A stretch of DNA of 64,000 nt. It comes from Geosiphon pyriformis uo1 (lineage: Eukaryota; Fungi; Glomeromycota). The stretch is taken from assembly GCA_016748015.1 (NCBI GenBank), contig JAAOMT010000372.1:372001-436000 (forward strand), written 5' to 3'. The position numbers and the translations under genes were made by a program. Below the pieces are notes generated by a model, which did no database searches, was not told where the DNA came from, and saw nothing but the letters and a program-made list of their open reading frames with translations. Shown one piece after another: positions 1 to 13,530 of this stretch (within the stretch, counting starts at the first letter, position 1; each line of letters begins with the position of its first letter).

Positions 1-1500
1 ACCTAAGTTTATTAAAGCTATAAGTGAGAAATTTTCTTTTATTCTAAATAATAATAAAAGAAACATATTGATCAATTTTGGTTAAAATTAGTTTTTGATT
101 AATATATTAATTTTGGCATATTTTTACTAATTTTAAATTTAAAAAATTATATATTTTTGAATATGTTTTTACTTGATTAATTTTCTAAGTTATCTGATCT
201 TAAAAATTGAACTGATTAAATAGAAACTAAACTATCTGTTTTTTTTTGTTTTTTGGTACTGTTTCTAGTAATACATAAGAAACTATTATTAATTATTAAA
301 AAATTTTTAAATAAATAATTTCTATTTGGTATTTAATATTATATTTAAAATCAAATTGGCTTTGGTTAATTTTTTGTTTTATTTGTTGTTTGGTTTTATT
401 GAAATCAAATCTGTTTTTAAAAATAATATTAAGTTGTTTTGTATAAAGTTTGCTTTTAAAGTTTTTTTAATTGCTATTACTAATATTTTTATTAATAATT
501 TCTTTTTTTTTAACTATGTTTTAGATTATAAAATCTTTTATAGTGGCTTTTAATTCTCTTTTTTTCTCTTTTGTTGCACTTTATAATATTTTTCTTAGCA
601 TATTTTTTAATAATATTAAAATTACTCTTGATGTTTTTAGTATTATTATTTTAATAAAATTAAAATTTGCTGGTTTGTAACAATATGTTATTGTTTTTTT
701 TAAGAACTTTTTTTTGTTGTTGCTGTTTTTGATAACTGGTTTGTGTTGGTTAAAAAAATTAGTATTTGAATTCTTTTTTTTGTTAACCAAAAAGAAATTA
801 TTATTTTACATAATAATTTTAAGACCAAATTAATCAACTTTTTTTTGGTGTATTGTTTTTAAAATTAGTAGTATAATTTTTTAGTTTAGTAGCCATACTT
901 GTTTTATTTTTTATTTTTCTAATTTTTATTATTGTTAATGTTTTACTGTTGTAATATTTGGGTCTTATAAGTTTTTAGATCTTGCTATAATTAAAACTGA
1001 AACTTTACACAAATATTATATCTAATAGAAAACTTTTAAATATTATTACTATCACAAATACCAAAGTTCGAAACATTTGTTTAAAGATTATAAAGTATTA
1101 TTACTTCTTTTTTCCAAATTGGTTATTAAATTTGTTGTTGGTTTTAAGTTTTTTGTGTTATTTTTGGCTGATAATAAATTTTAGCTGTTTTTTGGTAATA
1201 TTTATTGTTAATTCTATTATCAAGTTTAAATTAAACTTCTTAAAATCTTAAATTTTAAGTTTAATTGCTTTGGTAAAATTTGTTGTAAAGCTTATTGGCT
1301 TTTTAATTATTTTAGTTACCATTTTTTTGAATAAAAATACATACAAAAAGCTTTTAATAAAAAAAAATTTGCTTTTTATAAAAAATACTGTTAATAATTT
1401 TGTGATTTGTATTTTTAGAAACTTTACATATTTAAAATCCAAAATAAAATAAACTATAATAGTATACTAATTATTAAAGCTTTTTTTTTAAGTAAAGATA
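1..1500 (-). mobile_element. Highly decayed retroelement fragment (probable gypsy gag/protease region); related copy at ~19190-19600
   Basis: Minus-strand reading ends in ...SLIALINLG, resembling an aspartic-protease ALID(S/T)G motif after G>A decay. Stretch 230-480 aligns by eye with 19300-19560. Boundaries approximate. Confidence 0.3.
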
Positions 1501-2220
1501 ATATTAAGTGTATAATTGCTTTGTAATATATATTAAATCTTAATATTAAAGATAATATTAATGTTATAATTTAAAAATTTAGCAAAAAAATCATAAAATA
1601 ATATAAACTATTTAATTATAATATAGCATAATAATTAACATAATAATAAGTACTATCTTATAATAGCAATAAGCATTAATTTGTAATAGTAATAAATACT
1701 AATTAATAATAACAACAAATATTAAGTTATGATATTAAAAAAAGAGTATTACAATATGTTTTTTATAGAATTACAAATATGTATATATATAATAACTTTA
1801 ATATTGAAAAAAATAAAAATTTATCCAATATTTAATTTTGTTAGATTTTAATTTTTCACTTTAATTATCTTTTAACTTTTATTTTTAATAAATTTTTAAT
1901 CAAAAAAAATGAAAAAAAATATATTAAAAACTTAATTATTATAATCTAAAATATTAAGAAACTTATTTATATTATTTATTAAATAAAACTATTATTTATT
2001 AACTAAATCTTTTGAAAGAATAATTTTTAATTAAAATTATTTATGTTATTATTAATTGATAAAAGTTTCATTGTAAAAATTAAGAAAAATACTAAAAATT
2101 ATTAACATTTTATGTTTTTAAATTAAAAAAACACATTAGGTAATTGCAAAAATAATCTTAAAAAAACCTTAAACAATAAGTAGATTTTAATTTGGTCTTT
2201 GAAAAAGAGTATATAAATAT

Positions 2221-3143
2221 TGTAACAGATAATTATTTGGTGTGTTGATACAAATAACAAATCCATAACTTGGTGCTTAATAAGTAATTTGATGGGTGAT
2301 ATCTGAAAGTTTTTATAATTTGAAGGTTTTGATTGAGTTTTTTGTATAATAAACAGAGATTCAATGTTGAAATTCTGTTATAATGTTTCTAATTTCTTCT
2401 CCAACTTGTAAGTTGGTATGTGTTGTTGTTTATAGCTTCCCAGAATATCTATTCTATCAATTTTTTTCTCAGCTTAATAGTTAGTTCTCTGGTAAGCTAT
2501 CTCTTAATTTCAAGTGTCTATCCTTATTTCTGAGTCTTTTACCAGTTCTATTCCTAATGTTAATAATTCAGCACTTTTAACCTTTTAATCAATTAGTAAA
2601 TAAAACAAAAAAAAAGAAAAAAAAATAAGAAATAAGCCAAGGCAAGAAAGAGTTAGTATTCTATTAATAGCTATAATTAAGAGCTATTGGTCCAATATAA
2701 TTAAGTATTGGCAATTATCAACATGAATTGTTAATAATGAAAAGATAAATTGCAATATTTAATAAGTATTTTATTAATATTTGATGTTTCTACTTCAAGT
2801 TATAGAATACTATTATATAAAGAGATGAATTTGAAATTGAAACTGAAGGTTTTAAACTAAGGATTCTGTCTTTTTTGCTTTTAATGCTATTATTATATAT
2901 ACATAAATTTTATTATATGAAATTTTTTGAATTCCTTAATTTTCTAGCCAAAAATTCTGGAATTGTAATTTTTCAAGAGAAATTTGGAAATTCTGAAATC
3001 CTGCAATTTTTTATATAAGAATTCTATAATTCTGAAATTCTGCAATTTCTCTAAGAGGAATCTTGGAATTTTATTTTTACTATGTCTATTCTGATTGGCT
3101 AATTTATGTACTAATATATAATTTTTATGTTCTATAAGTAACA
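2221..3143 (-). repeat. 3' LTR of family A element (~923 bp)
   Basis: Starts TGTAAC at 2221 and ends GTAACA at 3143, with an A/G-rich PPT-like tract just inside on the minus strand. Contains ~3 x 39-bp imperfect repeats at ~2950-3070. No second copy in the window, so the left boundary is inferred. Confidence 0.55.
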
Positions 3144-3788
3144 TTATTTCTTTTTTTTTAATATTGAGCTCTGTCAAAATTTTTTATATCTTCTAACTCT
3201 TTATTTCTGATTAACTTTTAAACTTTTTTTTTGAGAATTGTTTGTGTTATTTTGATCTGTATTTTTTTAAATTAGACATTGGTCATTTTACCTAATTGGT
3301 TGATAATAACTGTATCTATTACTGAAATAAGTAGTATTGCTAATCAATCTTAAAATTCTGCATATAGCCAATATATAATTTGTGTTTGTGTAAACAGATT
3401 GTTCTTTCTCACAAATTGTTTAAGTTGTTATAGTATTGTTGTATTAAATAATCATTTTGTTTTGTTGGTATACAAGTTCTGAATATTTAAATTTTGTCTT
3501 AAGTAATAATAATAAAAGTTTCTTGGAAATTATTGTATCCACCAATTTCAAGTTTTTTTTGTCAATTCTTAGTATAATTCAACTGTTTCTGGTATTTCTA
3601 TTGCCAATTTTACTTTTATTATTATCTTGTCTATGGTGTTTTTTAGTTTTTTGTGTATCTTGTATTGTGTTTTTTTTATTCTCTTTGTACCAAATGGTTT
3701 GTTAGTTGATTGTGATTTCCATGTTTTGTTGTTAAATTAGTTGGAATAGTTGTTGTGCAAGTGAGTAGATGTTATTGGTAATTTTTAT
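3140..3788 (-). pseudogene. ORF3 of family A (extra ORF downstream of integrase), degenerate
   Basis: Reads (M)KITNNIYSLAQQLFQLI*QQNMEITIN*QTIWYK ... IINQLGKMTNV*FKKIQIKITQTIL, which aligns with family B ORF3 (LFITINGSQINY ... IQYIGKLTELKFQQFSDQITSII). Confidence 0.55.
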
Positions 3789-6700
3789 CTTTTATTTGTT
3801 GCTTTTGTTATGTATACTATGTCTTTATATATTATTCTGATTAATCAATTTGATGTATTTGTATTGATGATTATAATTGGTTTTAAATCTCATAAAATCT
3901 CATCTGATTGGACTAATATTTGTTGTACTCTCAGTTGTAGAATATTACTGGTAGATAATAATACTATATTGTGATATAGTTTCAGTTAATCTTTATGTGC
4001 TGCTTTAGCTAAGATTTTGTTGTCTTATCTTAGTTTATAAGTTTTATTTTCTAGAATTTTTTCAATGTGAAATGGTCTATCCCATTTGGAGTCAAATTTT
4101 CTACTCCATTGTTTTTCTGTTTTGGTATGATATAAGAGTATTTTGTCTTCAATTCTGAATTCAACTGGTTTATCTGATAACTAATTATTATGTTATTTTT
4201 TTTGTTTTTCTTGTAACTTTTAAATATTATTAACTGCTCTTTATTTTTTGTTTTTTATAGTTTCTATTAAGTTATATGTTTTTCTTAGCAATGTTTTTTG
4301 TAAATTGGCTTTTGTTATTGGTTTTGTTAAATAAGTATTGATGTTTATTTCCACTGGTAATATTGCTGTTCTACCATAAACAAATTCAAATGGTGTTGCT
4401 TGTATGGTATCTTGCTTTATTGTTTGATAAGCAAATAGTACTGATAGTATAAATGAATTCTATTTGTTCTGGTTTTTTTGACTAATTTTGGTGATTGCTT
4501 TACACAATGTTCTGTTAAATCTTTTAACTAAACTGTTTGTTTATGGATAATATAGTGATAATAATAGTCTTTTAATTTCAAATTTTTGGCTTAATTCTGT
4601 TAATGTTCTGTTTACAAAGTGAGTTTCTTGATCTGATAACAATTCTTTTGAACATCTATGTTGGCAAATTAAATCTTGATGAACAAATTTGGCTATGAAT
4701 TCTGCATTTGCTCTTTGAATTACTTTTACTTCTGGCTATTTTGTAAAATAATCTATGACTACTGCTATATAATAATTGCTTTTGCTGGTTATTATTAATA
4801 GTCCAACTAAGTCAATTCTAATTCAATCAAATAGTTGTTCCACTTTAATTGGTTTTAGTGGTTTACTGAGTTTTGTTTTTTTTTTTTTGACAAACATCAC
4901 AATTTTGAACATATTAAATAATGTTTGGATATATTGATGGCCAATAATATCTTTTTTTGGTTCTTTTCATAATTGCTTCTTTATGAAAATGTTCTGCTGT
5001 TGGATTTGAGTACATATTGTATAGTATTGTTTCTTTTTCTGGTTTTGTGATTAATCTGAATTTTTTTGTTTTTTTAATATAATATATCTTAGTGAATAAT
5101 AAAATATTTTGATTGTTGTTTTATATTGTTTTGTTCCTTTTGAGATAATTTTTTCTTAAACTGTAGAGTATTAATATAATGTTAAAGTTGTAGATATTTT
5201 TGTGTGTTCATCTTTTTGTTATAGTTTTGGGATTAAAATGTTCTTAGATTTGTTTTATTCATGACAAACTGTTGGCATTTTTGTTTTTTTTTTATTTTAT
5301 AATGTACTGTATAATTAAATAGTAAAAGTTCTATTTTTCATCTTGTATGACAGTTATTTTCAAATTTTTGTTTTTGAATTAATGTCAATCCTTTGTAATT
5401 AGTATATACATCAAATTTTTGACTTAAGTATTTTTTTTATTTGATAACAGCCCAATAGATAGCCAAATATTCTAGTGCTAAAGTTTCATAGTTCTTTTCA
5501 GCTGGACTTAAACTTTAGCTGGCATATGTTACTGGGTGTTCTCTTCTATCTGGTCTTTTTTGTGATAATACGGCTCCCAATGCTTGGCTTAATGTATCAA
5601 TAATAATGATGAATGATTTGTTGTGATTTAAATAGATTAGTATTAAGGCTTAAATAAGTTTTCTTCTTAAAATGTTGAAAGCTTCTTGCTAAGTTTTAGT
5701 TTATTTATATTTTACATTCTTGGCTTAAAGCTAGTGAAGTGATTGAGCCAGTTTGGAAAAGTTTTGAATAAAGTGGCAGTAGTATCTAACAAATTCCAAA
5801 AATGCTCTTAATTTGGTAAGATTTGTTAGTATTAAAAAGTTCTTAACAATTTCAATCTTGTCTGAATCAGTCTTGATGCCATTTTTGCTTATAACATGTT
5901 TCAAAAACTTCAATTCTGTTTTAACAAAGAAACATTTGGTTGTATTTAATTTTAATCCAGCTCTTTTTAATCTTTTGAACACTTGTTGGAGATGGTAGAA
6001 ATAGTTATCAAATGTTTTAAAAAATATGTTGATGTTATCTAAGTAAACTACTACTAATTTTCATAGTAATCCAGTATAAATAATTTCTATAAGCTGTTAA
6101 AAAGTGGCTGGTATATTCATTAAGTCAAATAGTATAACATCAAATTTAAAATTTTCTTCTTATGTGATGAATGCTGTTTTTTCTTTGTCAGCTGAATTTA
6201 TGGCTATTTGTTAGTAACTACTATCTAAATTTAATGTAAAGAATCATTTTTTTCTTCCAAAAATATTGAATAATTCTTGGATTTGTGGAGTCAGATAGCT
6301 ATCTTTATGAGTAATACTGTTGAGTTTTCTGTAATCTACACAAAAACAGATTTTTCCATTTTTTTTGTGGATTAATACTACTGGTAATAACTATGGATTC
6401 ATTGATGATTGAATTAACCTATTGTTTAACATCCAGTTAATTTCCTGTTAGATGATTTCATGACTTACTAGTGGTACTCTATATGCTCTTTGTTTAATTG
6501 ATATTGTATTTTCAGTCTTAATCTGGTGCTGAATGATGTTAATTCTGCCAAACTCATTTTTACTTGCAAAGATATTAGTGAAATTGTTAAGTAGTATCTT
6601 AAATTGCATCTGTTGAAATGAGTCTAAGTTTCCCAAGTTTATTTGTTTCAGTTGTTTTTATTGGAGCAAATAACATTTGTTTTATCTGTATATAGTTTGT

Positions 6701-7069
6701 AATATAATATCTATATATCTGCATAGTTGTAAAAAATCTGAAATAGAGTTTGGTGGTTAATTTTTAATTTCAATGTTTAAGTATCCAATGGTAATTTTTT
6801 TTGGTATTTTAATAGAATTTTCAGTTGTATTATAAATAGGAATTTTAATGTGTTTGTAGCTTTTAACTAGTATGTAGAAATTGGTAATTTCAATCTTTTC
6901 TGATTCACAAATTGTAGCTTCTATCTTAAAAATCTGAGCTTGATCCTTCACTTTTCTCTCTATATTTAATATATATTAGTCATATAATGAAATAAAAATT
7001 GATTAACAAATGGAAATAATTTTTCTCTTGTCAATAACTTTTTCTTTTGCCATATTAACTGGTATATCT

Positions 7070-7470
7070 ATCCTATCTGTGGATCTAAATCCATTTTTTC
7101 TTTTGGCTGTAATCCCTAATTTTTTTTTTGTTTCTACTGACATTAACTAAGCTATTTTTACCAGAAGTAAAAATATTGTCTGCACTATTTTTTCATTTAA
7201 TTTAATAATATATTCTTTTTCTGAGTTATTTTGTAGTATTACAATGATATTTCTTATATATCTTGTGTCAATTATTCCTCCTCTTATATTAATCTCTTTT
7301 TTTACCTAAATGCTAGCTGAATCATAGTTGTTGCTAGAATTTTTAGTGCTATTTTCAGATTAATACAGATGTGCAAATGTAATTTCAATTTGATAATAAT
7401 GTTCTCTGAATACCTTAGATCAAACTCTGTATTAGTATTATGTGCTTATTTTGGCATAATATTTTTATTA
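7070..7470 (-). pseudogene. dUTPase domain in family A pol
   Basis: AHNTNTEFDLRY (motif I), IQLAFR (II), GGIIDTRYIRNI (III), EKIVQTIF (IV), GFRSTD (V). Confidence 0.85.
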
Positions 7471-8013
7471 TTATTGCTAAACTATTTTAGTTTCTGTTTT
7501 ATCAACAAATCTGAGAGTGCAATATATTGTTCAAAGTTATAATTGAAGTTTAAATTGTTATTGTTGTTGTTATAGTAAACAGAATTGGGACCATTATTGT
7601 TGTCATTATTAGAGTCTAAATTAGAATTGAATTTTGATTCCAATTTTACTGTGTATTTACTGATTGGTTTTTCCTTTTCAGAGATCAAATAGATCATACA
7701 TGATGGTGGATTATAAATAATGTCACAATTATTACAATATTGGAAATCAAACAGAATTAAATAGTGGTTACATAAATAAGTATTGAGCTGTTCTAAACAT
7801 TGCTTTTGCTTCTTTTTAATAAATGCTAATTTTTGGTAGTGTTTATAGAATTGTTTAGAATCTATTATGTTAAGGATAATATTGGGGTTTGGGTCCCAAA
7901 TAATTTTTTCTAGTTCTGGTGGGTTGTTTTTAATGGTTTTAATTTCTTCTGAAATTATACTTTTGATTTTGGCGATTGTTATTCTTCAAATTTTGTTGTC
8001 ATCATGTAGACAG

Positions 8014-8984
8014 TGTTACTGGAAGTTTTTGGTCTCTTTTCTTGAATGTTGTTACTGTTTGTTTGTTGTTAATTTCACGTTTTCTGGAAGCAATTGAACC
8101 TCTAATAACTGAATTTATCTTCAAATTATCTCTTATAATTTGAACTACTGGGCTTATAAAAGGAATGGCCAATTCCATGCCAGTTACTTTGTGTAGTTAC
8201 ATTGTAGTAAACATCAACTCTTTCCCAAGAATTGTTTATCTGGAAGCTCACTAAAATGTGTAGTTACTTTGCTGTGAAAGTCAACTCTTCTATAGGAATC
8301 TTATCTATAGGCTACCCTAATGATTATAATAAGAAAAAAAAAGAAAAAGAAAAGAAATATAAAAGAAATAGAATTCTGTTAAGAAAAACGTTTTTTATTC
8401 AGGCCTGGAGTCACTAACAGATTACTGAAATTGGTAGCTAATCAATTTCAAAACGTTAGTTTGTGTTGAGAGAATTTTAAGTGTAATAATCAAAGGATTT
8501 GGTTTTCGAATATTTTAGTTTTTATTTAGGATATGTAAAAAGTAATTTGTTTCAATTAAGATATCTAAAGTAAAATACTATGGTAAAATATGAGAAGATA
8601 CATTTTCTTGAAGAAAAAAGCTCTTCTTTTATACAACTTGCTGCAGTACTAGTCTTTGAACTTGCACTTTTCTCTTTGCTACAATTTGGGTAAACTAAAG
8701 ATACATTTCGGCAAACTACAAGTTATTTCACTGAACTATTGATTATTTCGGCCAATTTCCATAAATTTCGGCCAATTTTGACTATGTTAAATGGTTCAGG
8801 GTATTGTGTAATTTGATCATCTTAATTTCTAGAATACAAATCAGATTATTGATTGAGTAATAATATTTGATAATTTAATTAAATAATAAGTAATAATCGA
8901 AATAATAATAATATATGCTAATTAATAATAGGAATTATGAGGGTAATTTCATGCTAATTAATAGCTAAAATTCTACTGGTAACA
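8014..8984 (-). repeat. 3' LTR of family B element
   Basis: Direct repeat of 16929-17899 (roughly 40 substitutions by hand count, ~95-96% identity); TGT...ACA termini. Confidence 0.95.
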
Positions 8985-9672
8985 TAATCTCCTCTTCAAG
9001 ACTGAGCTCCATTAAAGTCCAAGCACTATCTGTGATATCAAGATAATGGTCCAATATAATTGAAGTAATTTGGTCTGAAAATTGTTGAAATTTCAGTTCT
9101 GTGAGCTTTCCAATGTATTGAATCTTCATTGGCTGAAGTATTAGATTTTGTAGAACATTTTCACAAGTATTGAATAAATTATAGAGTTTGAATGCTGCTC
9201 TAAGTTTGTAGTGAGTGTTTGTTGGTCCAGCTGCTGTCTTAAATTCATTGTGACTTTGTTTTTGTATAGTCTCAAAAGTGATGTTGGTTGCTTTCAAATT
9301 CCAGTTTTCATTCATAAAATGTTTTTTCAATATGAAAATATCTATATATAAGAGTATGTTTATTGTTTTGTTCATTAAGAAATAGTAGAAGTTTTTGTTA
9401 AATTGTGGCATTTGGTGGAATGTCAATAGGGGCAGATAAAAGGTTTTCTTTTAATGCTTGCTTCAAAAGTTCTGGTAATTGATTTTCAGAGTAACTTCTT
9501 GTTTTTTTTCTATAGGGGTGATAATTCTGGGAATTATTTACTACTGGAGCTGTGGTTTTTTTTTGAGTGTAATTAATTTGACTTCCATTAATTGTTATGA
9601 ATAGGTCAGAAAGTGTTTTCAAAGCTAACATTAATTTTTGGAATATTTGTTGGATATTTCGGGAATAATCAT
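8965..9672 (-). pseudogene. ORF3 of family B: ~235-aa extra ORF between integrase and 3' LTR
   Basis: ORFs 9398-9631 and 8965-9426 join after repairing stops and 1-bp indels using the copies at 23411-24116 (+) and ~17900-18420 (-). The stop codon lies inside the LTR. Confidence 0.75.
8985..8998 (-). other. Polypurine tract (PPT)
   Basis: Minus strand TGAAGAGGAGATTA immediately precedes the LTR start TGTTACCAG. Confidence 0.7.
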
Positions 9673-9826
9673 GATAAAAATAATTAACAAAAAAAAGAAT
9701 AAAGAAAATTATTTTTGGATATGGGGTTTTATTTGTTTTTGAGTCTGGGTGTTTTTTTTTTTTTCGTAATTATTTATTATTTTTATTTTTGTGTTATTAA
9801 AAAAATTATTGTAAATTTATGTTAAA

Positions 9827-11150
9827 TTAAGTGTTCAAGTTTGGTTGTTGTTCTATTATAATTATTGGTTCTAAATTTTGGAGAATATCTTCAGGATTAA
9901 TTAAAGGGAAATGTGTACCAATTTGTGGAATTAATAGTTCAGGATTGTTTCTGAAATGATAGTGTTTCAATCTATCTCCATGTGCAACTTTTGCTAGTAC
10001 TTTGTTATCAAGTCTTAACTTATATGATCTATTGCCTAAAATTTTATGAATATAAAATGGTTCATTCCATTTTTGTTCAAATTTTCCATTCCATTGTTTT
10101 TCAGCCTTAGTTCTGTATAAGAGAACTTTATTTTCAACTTTAAATTCATTGGTAACTGGTGGCAGTTTGTTGTCATGTCTTTCTTTTTGTAAGGCTTGAG
10201 AGTATTTAATATAAGAGGCTGCTATGTGTCTTTTTCCTTCCAATGTACTAAGAAGAGTGTAGACTCTTCTTTAGAGTGTTTCTTGAAAGTTTTCTTCATT
10301 GATTGGTTGTACTGGGTATGTTTTCACTGTGAAATTAATTAATAATATTGCTGTCTTTCCATAAGTAAGATTAAATAGTGTGTGTTTCATAGTATCTTGT
10401 TTTAGTATTCTATATGCTAGTAATATTAATGGAATAAAAATATCCTATTTTTGCTCAAAATTTGTTGAGATTTTGGCTAAAGATTTACACAATGTTCTGT
10501 TAAAATGTTCTATAAGTCCATTTGTTTGAGGATAATAAGGTAATGATAGGGGTTTTTTAACATTGAATTATTCACAAATTTTTTGTATTAAGTTGTTTAC
10601 AAAATGTGTTTTTTGATCTGATAAGAGTTCAATTAGGCATTCATGTCTACAAATAATGTCTTCATAGATGAAATTTGCTACTGATTTTGCATCTGCTCTT
10701 TGAATGACTCTAGCTTTAGACTATTTGGTGAGATAATTTACTGTAACTGCAATATAACGATTTTCTTGGGTTGTGATAGATAATGGTCTGACTAAATCAA
10801 TTCTAACTCTGTTAAAAGGTTGTCCAACTTTGATTGGATTTAAAGGTTCTGTGGGACAAGTTTCTTTTCTTCTTTAACAATTATCACAAGATTCTATATA
10901 TTGTTGAATGTTTTTTTGCATGTGAGGCCAAAAATAATGTTCAAAGGTTCTTTGGATTGTTCCATCTCTTCCCAAGTATGCTAAAGATATATCTATGTAC
11001 ATGTTATATAGAATTGTTTCTTTTTTATTTTTCTGTACTAATCTGAGTGGTTGGTTTGGGTTTCTATAATTTTTGTAATAGATTTTGTTGTGGTGTATAA
11101 AATATTGTTTGAATTGGTGTTGTAATCAATGTTTTTTACTTGGAAACCAA
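9827..11150 (-). pseudogene. Integrase of family B
   Basis: Core with GQPFNRVRIDLV, LSDQKTHF and YPQTNGLIEHFN; C-terminal WNEPFYIHKILGNRSYKL (GPY/F-like). No chromodomain evident. Confidence 0.9.
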
Positions 11151-11267
11151 TTTTCTGACATGGTAAAAGTCTCCAAATAGTTTTTAAGATTGTTGTAATT
11201 TCTGAGATTTATTGTTGTTTTTTTGTTTTGTTGGTAGTAGTAAGTTGTAGTGGAATTGTTGGTAGTG

Positions 11268-12545
11268 TTAATTTTGTCTTATTCTTAAGAGGCTATCAAT
11301 ATTGGTGTGTAGTTTTCTTGGTTTGTGGTGTACAATATATTTGTAGTTTAGGAAATTATTCCATTGAAACTGTTTGGCACTTTGTTCAGTTTTTTTTTTA
11401 TTGAGCCATTTGAGGCCAATATTGTCAGTTATAATATCAAATTTTTTTCCATTCTTCAGGTATTGTTGAAAATGTTTAATAGCCCAAATGACTGCAGTAG
11501 CTTCTAATTCAGTTAAGTCATATTTGAGTTCTGTTGGTTTGAGTGTCCTACTGGCATAGACAATGATTTGTTCTTGGCAATTTTCATCTAATTGTAATAA
11601 GATAACACCAAAAGCTATATTTGAGGCATCAGTGACTAGTTGGAACCATTTGTTAAAATCTGGGTAAGCAAGAACTGGGGCTGTTGTTAATTTTGTTTTG
11701 AGAGTTTCAAAAGCTTTTTGTTGTTCTTCAGTCCATTGATATGGCACATTTTTGTTGATGAGATAGTTAAGTGGTTTGGCAATTTCTGAGAATTCTTTTA
11801 TGAATTTTCGATAGTAAGAGACTAATCCTACAAATCCTTATAGCTTTATGGTATTTTTGAATGTTTGAAAATTTTTAATAGCATTAATTGTTTCAGAATT
11901 TAGTTTGACTTCATCTTTGCTAACAATGTGTCCAAGAAAGATTAAACTTGTTTTTCCAAAGTGACATTTTTCAATGTTCAACTTTAATATTGCTTTCCAT
12001 AATTATTGAAAAACTTCTTACAGGTAGATAAGATGGACTTCAAAGCTTGATAAATATACATTAGTGTAATCAAGATAGACAACTACTAATTGCCATAAAA
12101 GTCTTTTATATACAACATTCATAAGTTGCTGAAATGTTGTTGGTGCATTGCAAAGTTCAAAAGGCATAATATTGAATTTATAGTTTCCTCCTTAAGTAGT
12201 AAATGCTGTTTTGGGTCGATTTTTTTGGTCTATTTCGACTTGTCAGTATCCACTTTCCAAGTCTAAAGTTGAGAAAAACTTGGCTTTTCCTAAAGCATCT
12301 AACATGTTATCAATTTTTGAAAGAGGGTAGGCATTTCTAATTGTAACACTATTCAATTGTCAATAGTCAACACAAAATCTGATTTTTTCGTTTTTCTTTT
12401 TAACAAGAACTACTGATAAGGCCCATAAACTTCTTGATGGTTGAATTAATTTGTTATTAAGTATTCTTTGGACTTCTTCTCTAATAAATTGGTGGCTAGC
12501 AGATGGAACTTGATAGGCTTGTTGTTGTTTTGGTAGAGCATTTTC
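11268..12545 (-). pseudogene. Reverse transcriptase + RNase H of family B
   Basis: IRFCVDY, FSTLDLESGY, MPFELCNAPTTFQ, VVVYLDY (from YLDD). RNase H ORF 11268-11747 has TDASNIAFG, ELEATAVIWA and IITDN. Confidence 0.95.
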
Positions 12546-13112
12546 TGTATAGATCTAATGTTGGACAATATTAGTTTTTCCAAGATCATTGTTGTTTTTT
12601 GCAAATATATCTGTAAATTCAGCTATTAGCTGTTTCAATTGTCTTTGTTGTTGAGATTCCAAGAAACCCATGTTGATTTAAGAGAGTTTTTTTTCCAAAA
12701 GATGGTAGTTTTTAGTAGTAGGGATGATATTTGGATTTAGAAGTAGTGTATGTCTTATAATTTCGATGAAATTAGAGACAATTTAGGGGTTTTTATCTTG
12801 GAAGATGTTATTATGTATGATTCCAATTTCTACTTTATTTAATAAGACAATAGGATAATTGTTGGGATTGTAAAATGTAACTTGAAATTTTTTCATTCCT
12901 TTGGGAATATAAACATTTGAAATTGAAATTTCATGTTTTAAACAGATTTGTTCATTGGGTTCAAAAATTTGTTGGGTAGTAGTGGGTTTTAAGCAAGTGT
13001 AAATTTCATGGTGTTCTCTAAAAAATGAAATAGTAATTGGTTGGAAAAGTTAAAGAATCTGGTGAGATTCATTTTGTGCATTGAGAACTATGTTTACTGG
13101 TACTGTAAATCA

Positions 13113-13530
13113 TCCAGTTGAACCAAAATCTTGCTTTTCTCTTTCACTTTTTCCCAATTGTTCTCTGTTGTTAACTGATTGTAAACCCGAAATGTTGATT
13201 AAGAATAGGTAAATTGCTTGGGCAATTTTTTTGGCATGTTTAATCCTGAATGATTTGTTTGTTTCATTTTACAATATGATAGTAATGTTTCCACTATATT
13301 TTGCATCTATGACTTCTCCTCTAATGTTGATTCCTTTACTTGCCAATAATGATCTAGATGCAATTTGAATCATTGCTCCAAGTGAAATTTCAGATTTTGA
13401 GATTAATTTTTGTCAAGGACTTTGGTTCTCCAACCAAAGTATTTTTTTTTGAGTATCTTAGATCATATCCAGCATTAATTTCATGTGCTTTTTCTGGTCT
13501 AATTCCTTGGTCATGGTTGTCGAAATATTT
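13113..13530 (-). pseudogene. dUTPase domain in family B pol (between protease and RT)
   Basis: PEKAHEINAGYDLRY (I), IASRSLLASKG (II), GEVIDAKYSGNI (III), KKIAQAI (IV), REKQDFGSTG (V). Confidence 0.9.

Larger units (their letters stand above)
2221..8013 (-). mobile_element. Ty3/gypsy LTR retrotransposon, family A (5'-truncated, degenerate): Cys-rich region, dUTPase, RT, RNase H, integrase, ORF3, 3' LTR
   Basis: RT motifs IKQRAYRVP, RFCVDYRKLN, VVVYLDN (from YLDD) at ~6040 and LKRAGLKLNTTKC (ORF 5731-5982). RNase H ~5700-5270, integrase ~5200-3845, dUTPase ~7470-7070. Many TAA/TGA stops. Confidence 0.9.

Noticed and set aside
8965-9672. ORF3 as an env gene
   Set aside because: No signal peptide, furin site or TM helix is visible, and it is too short.
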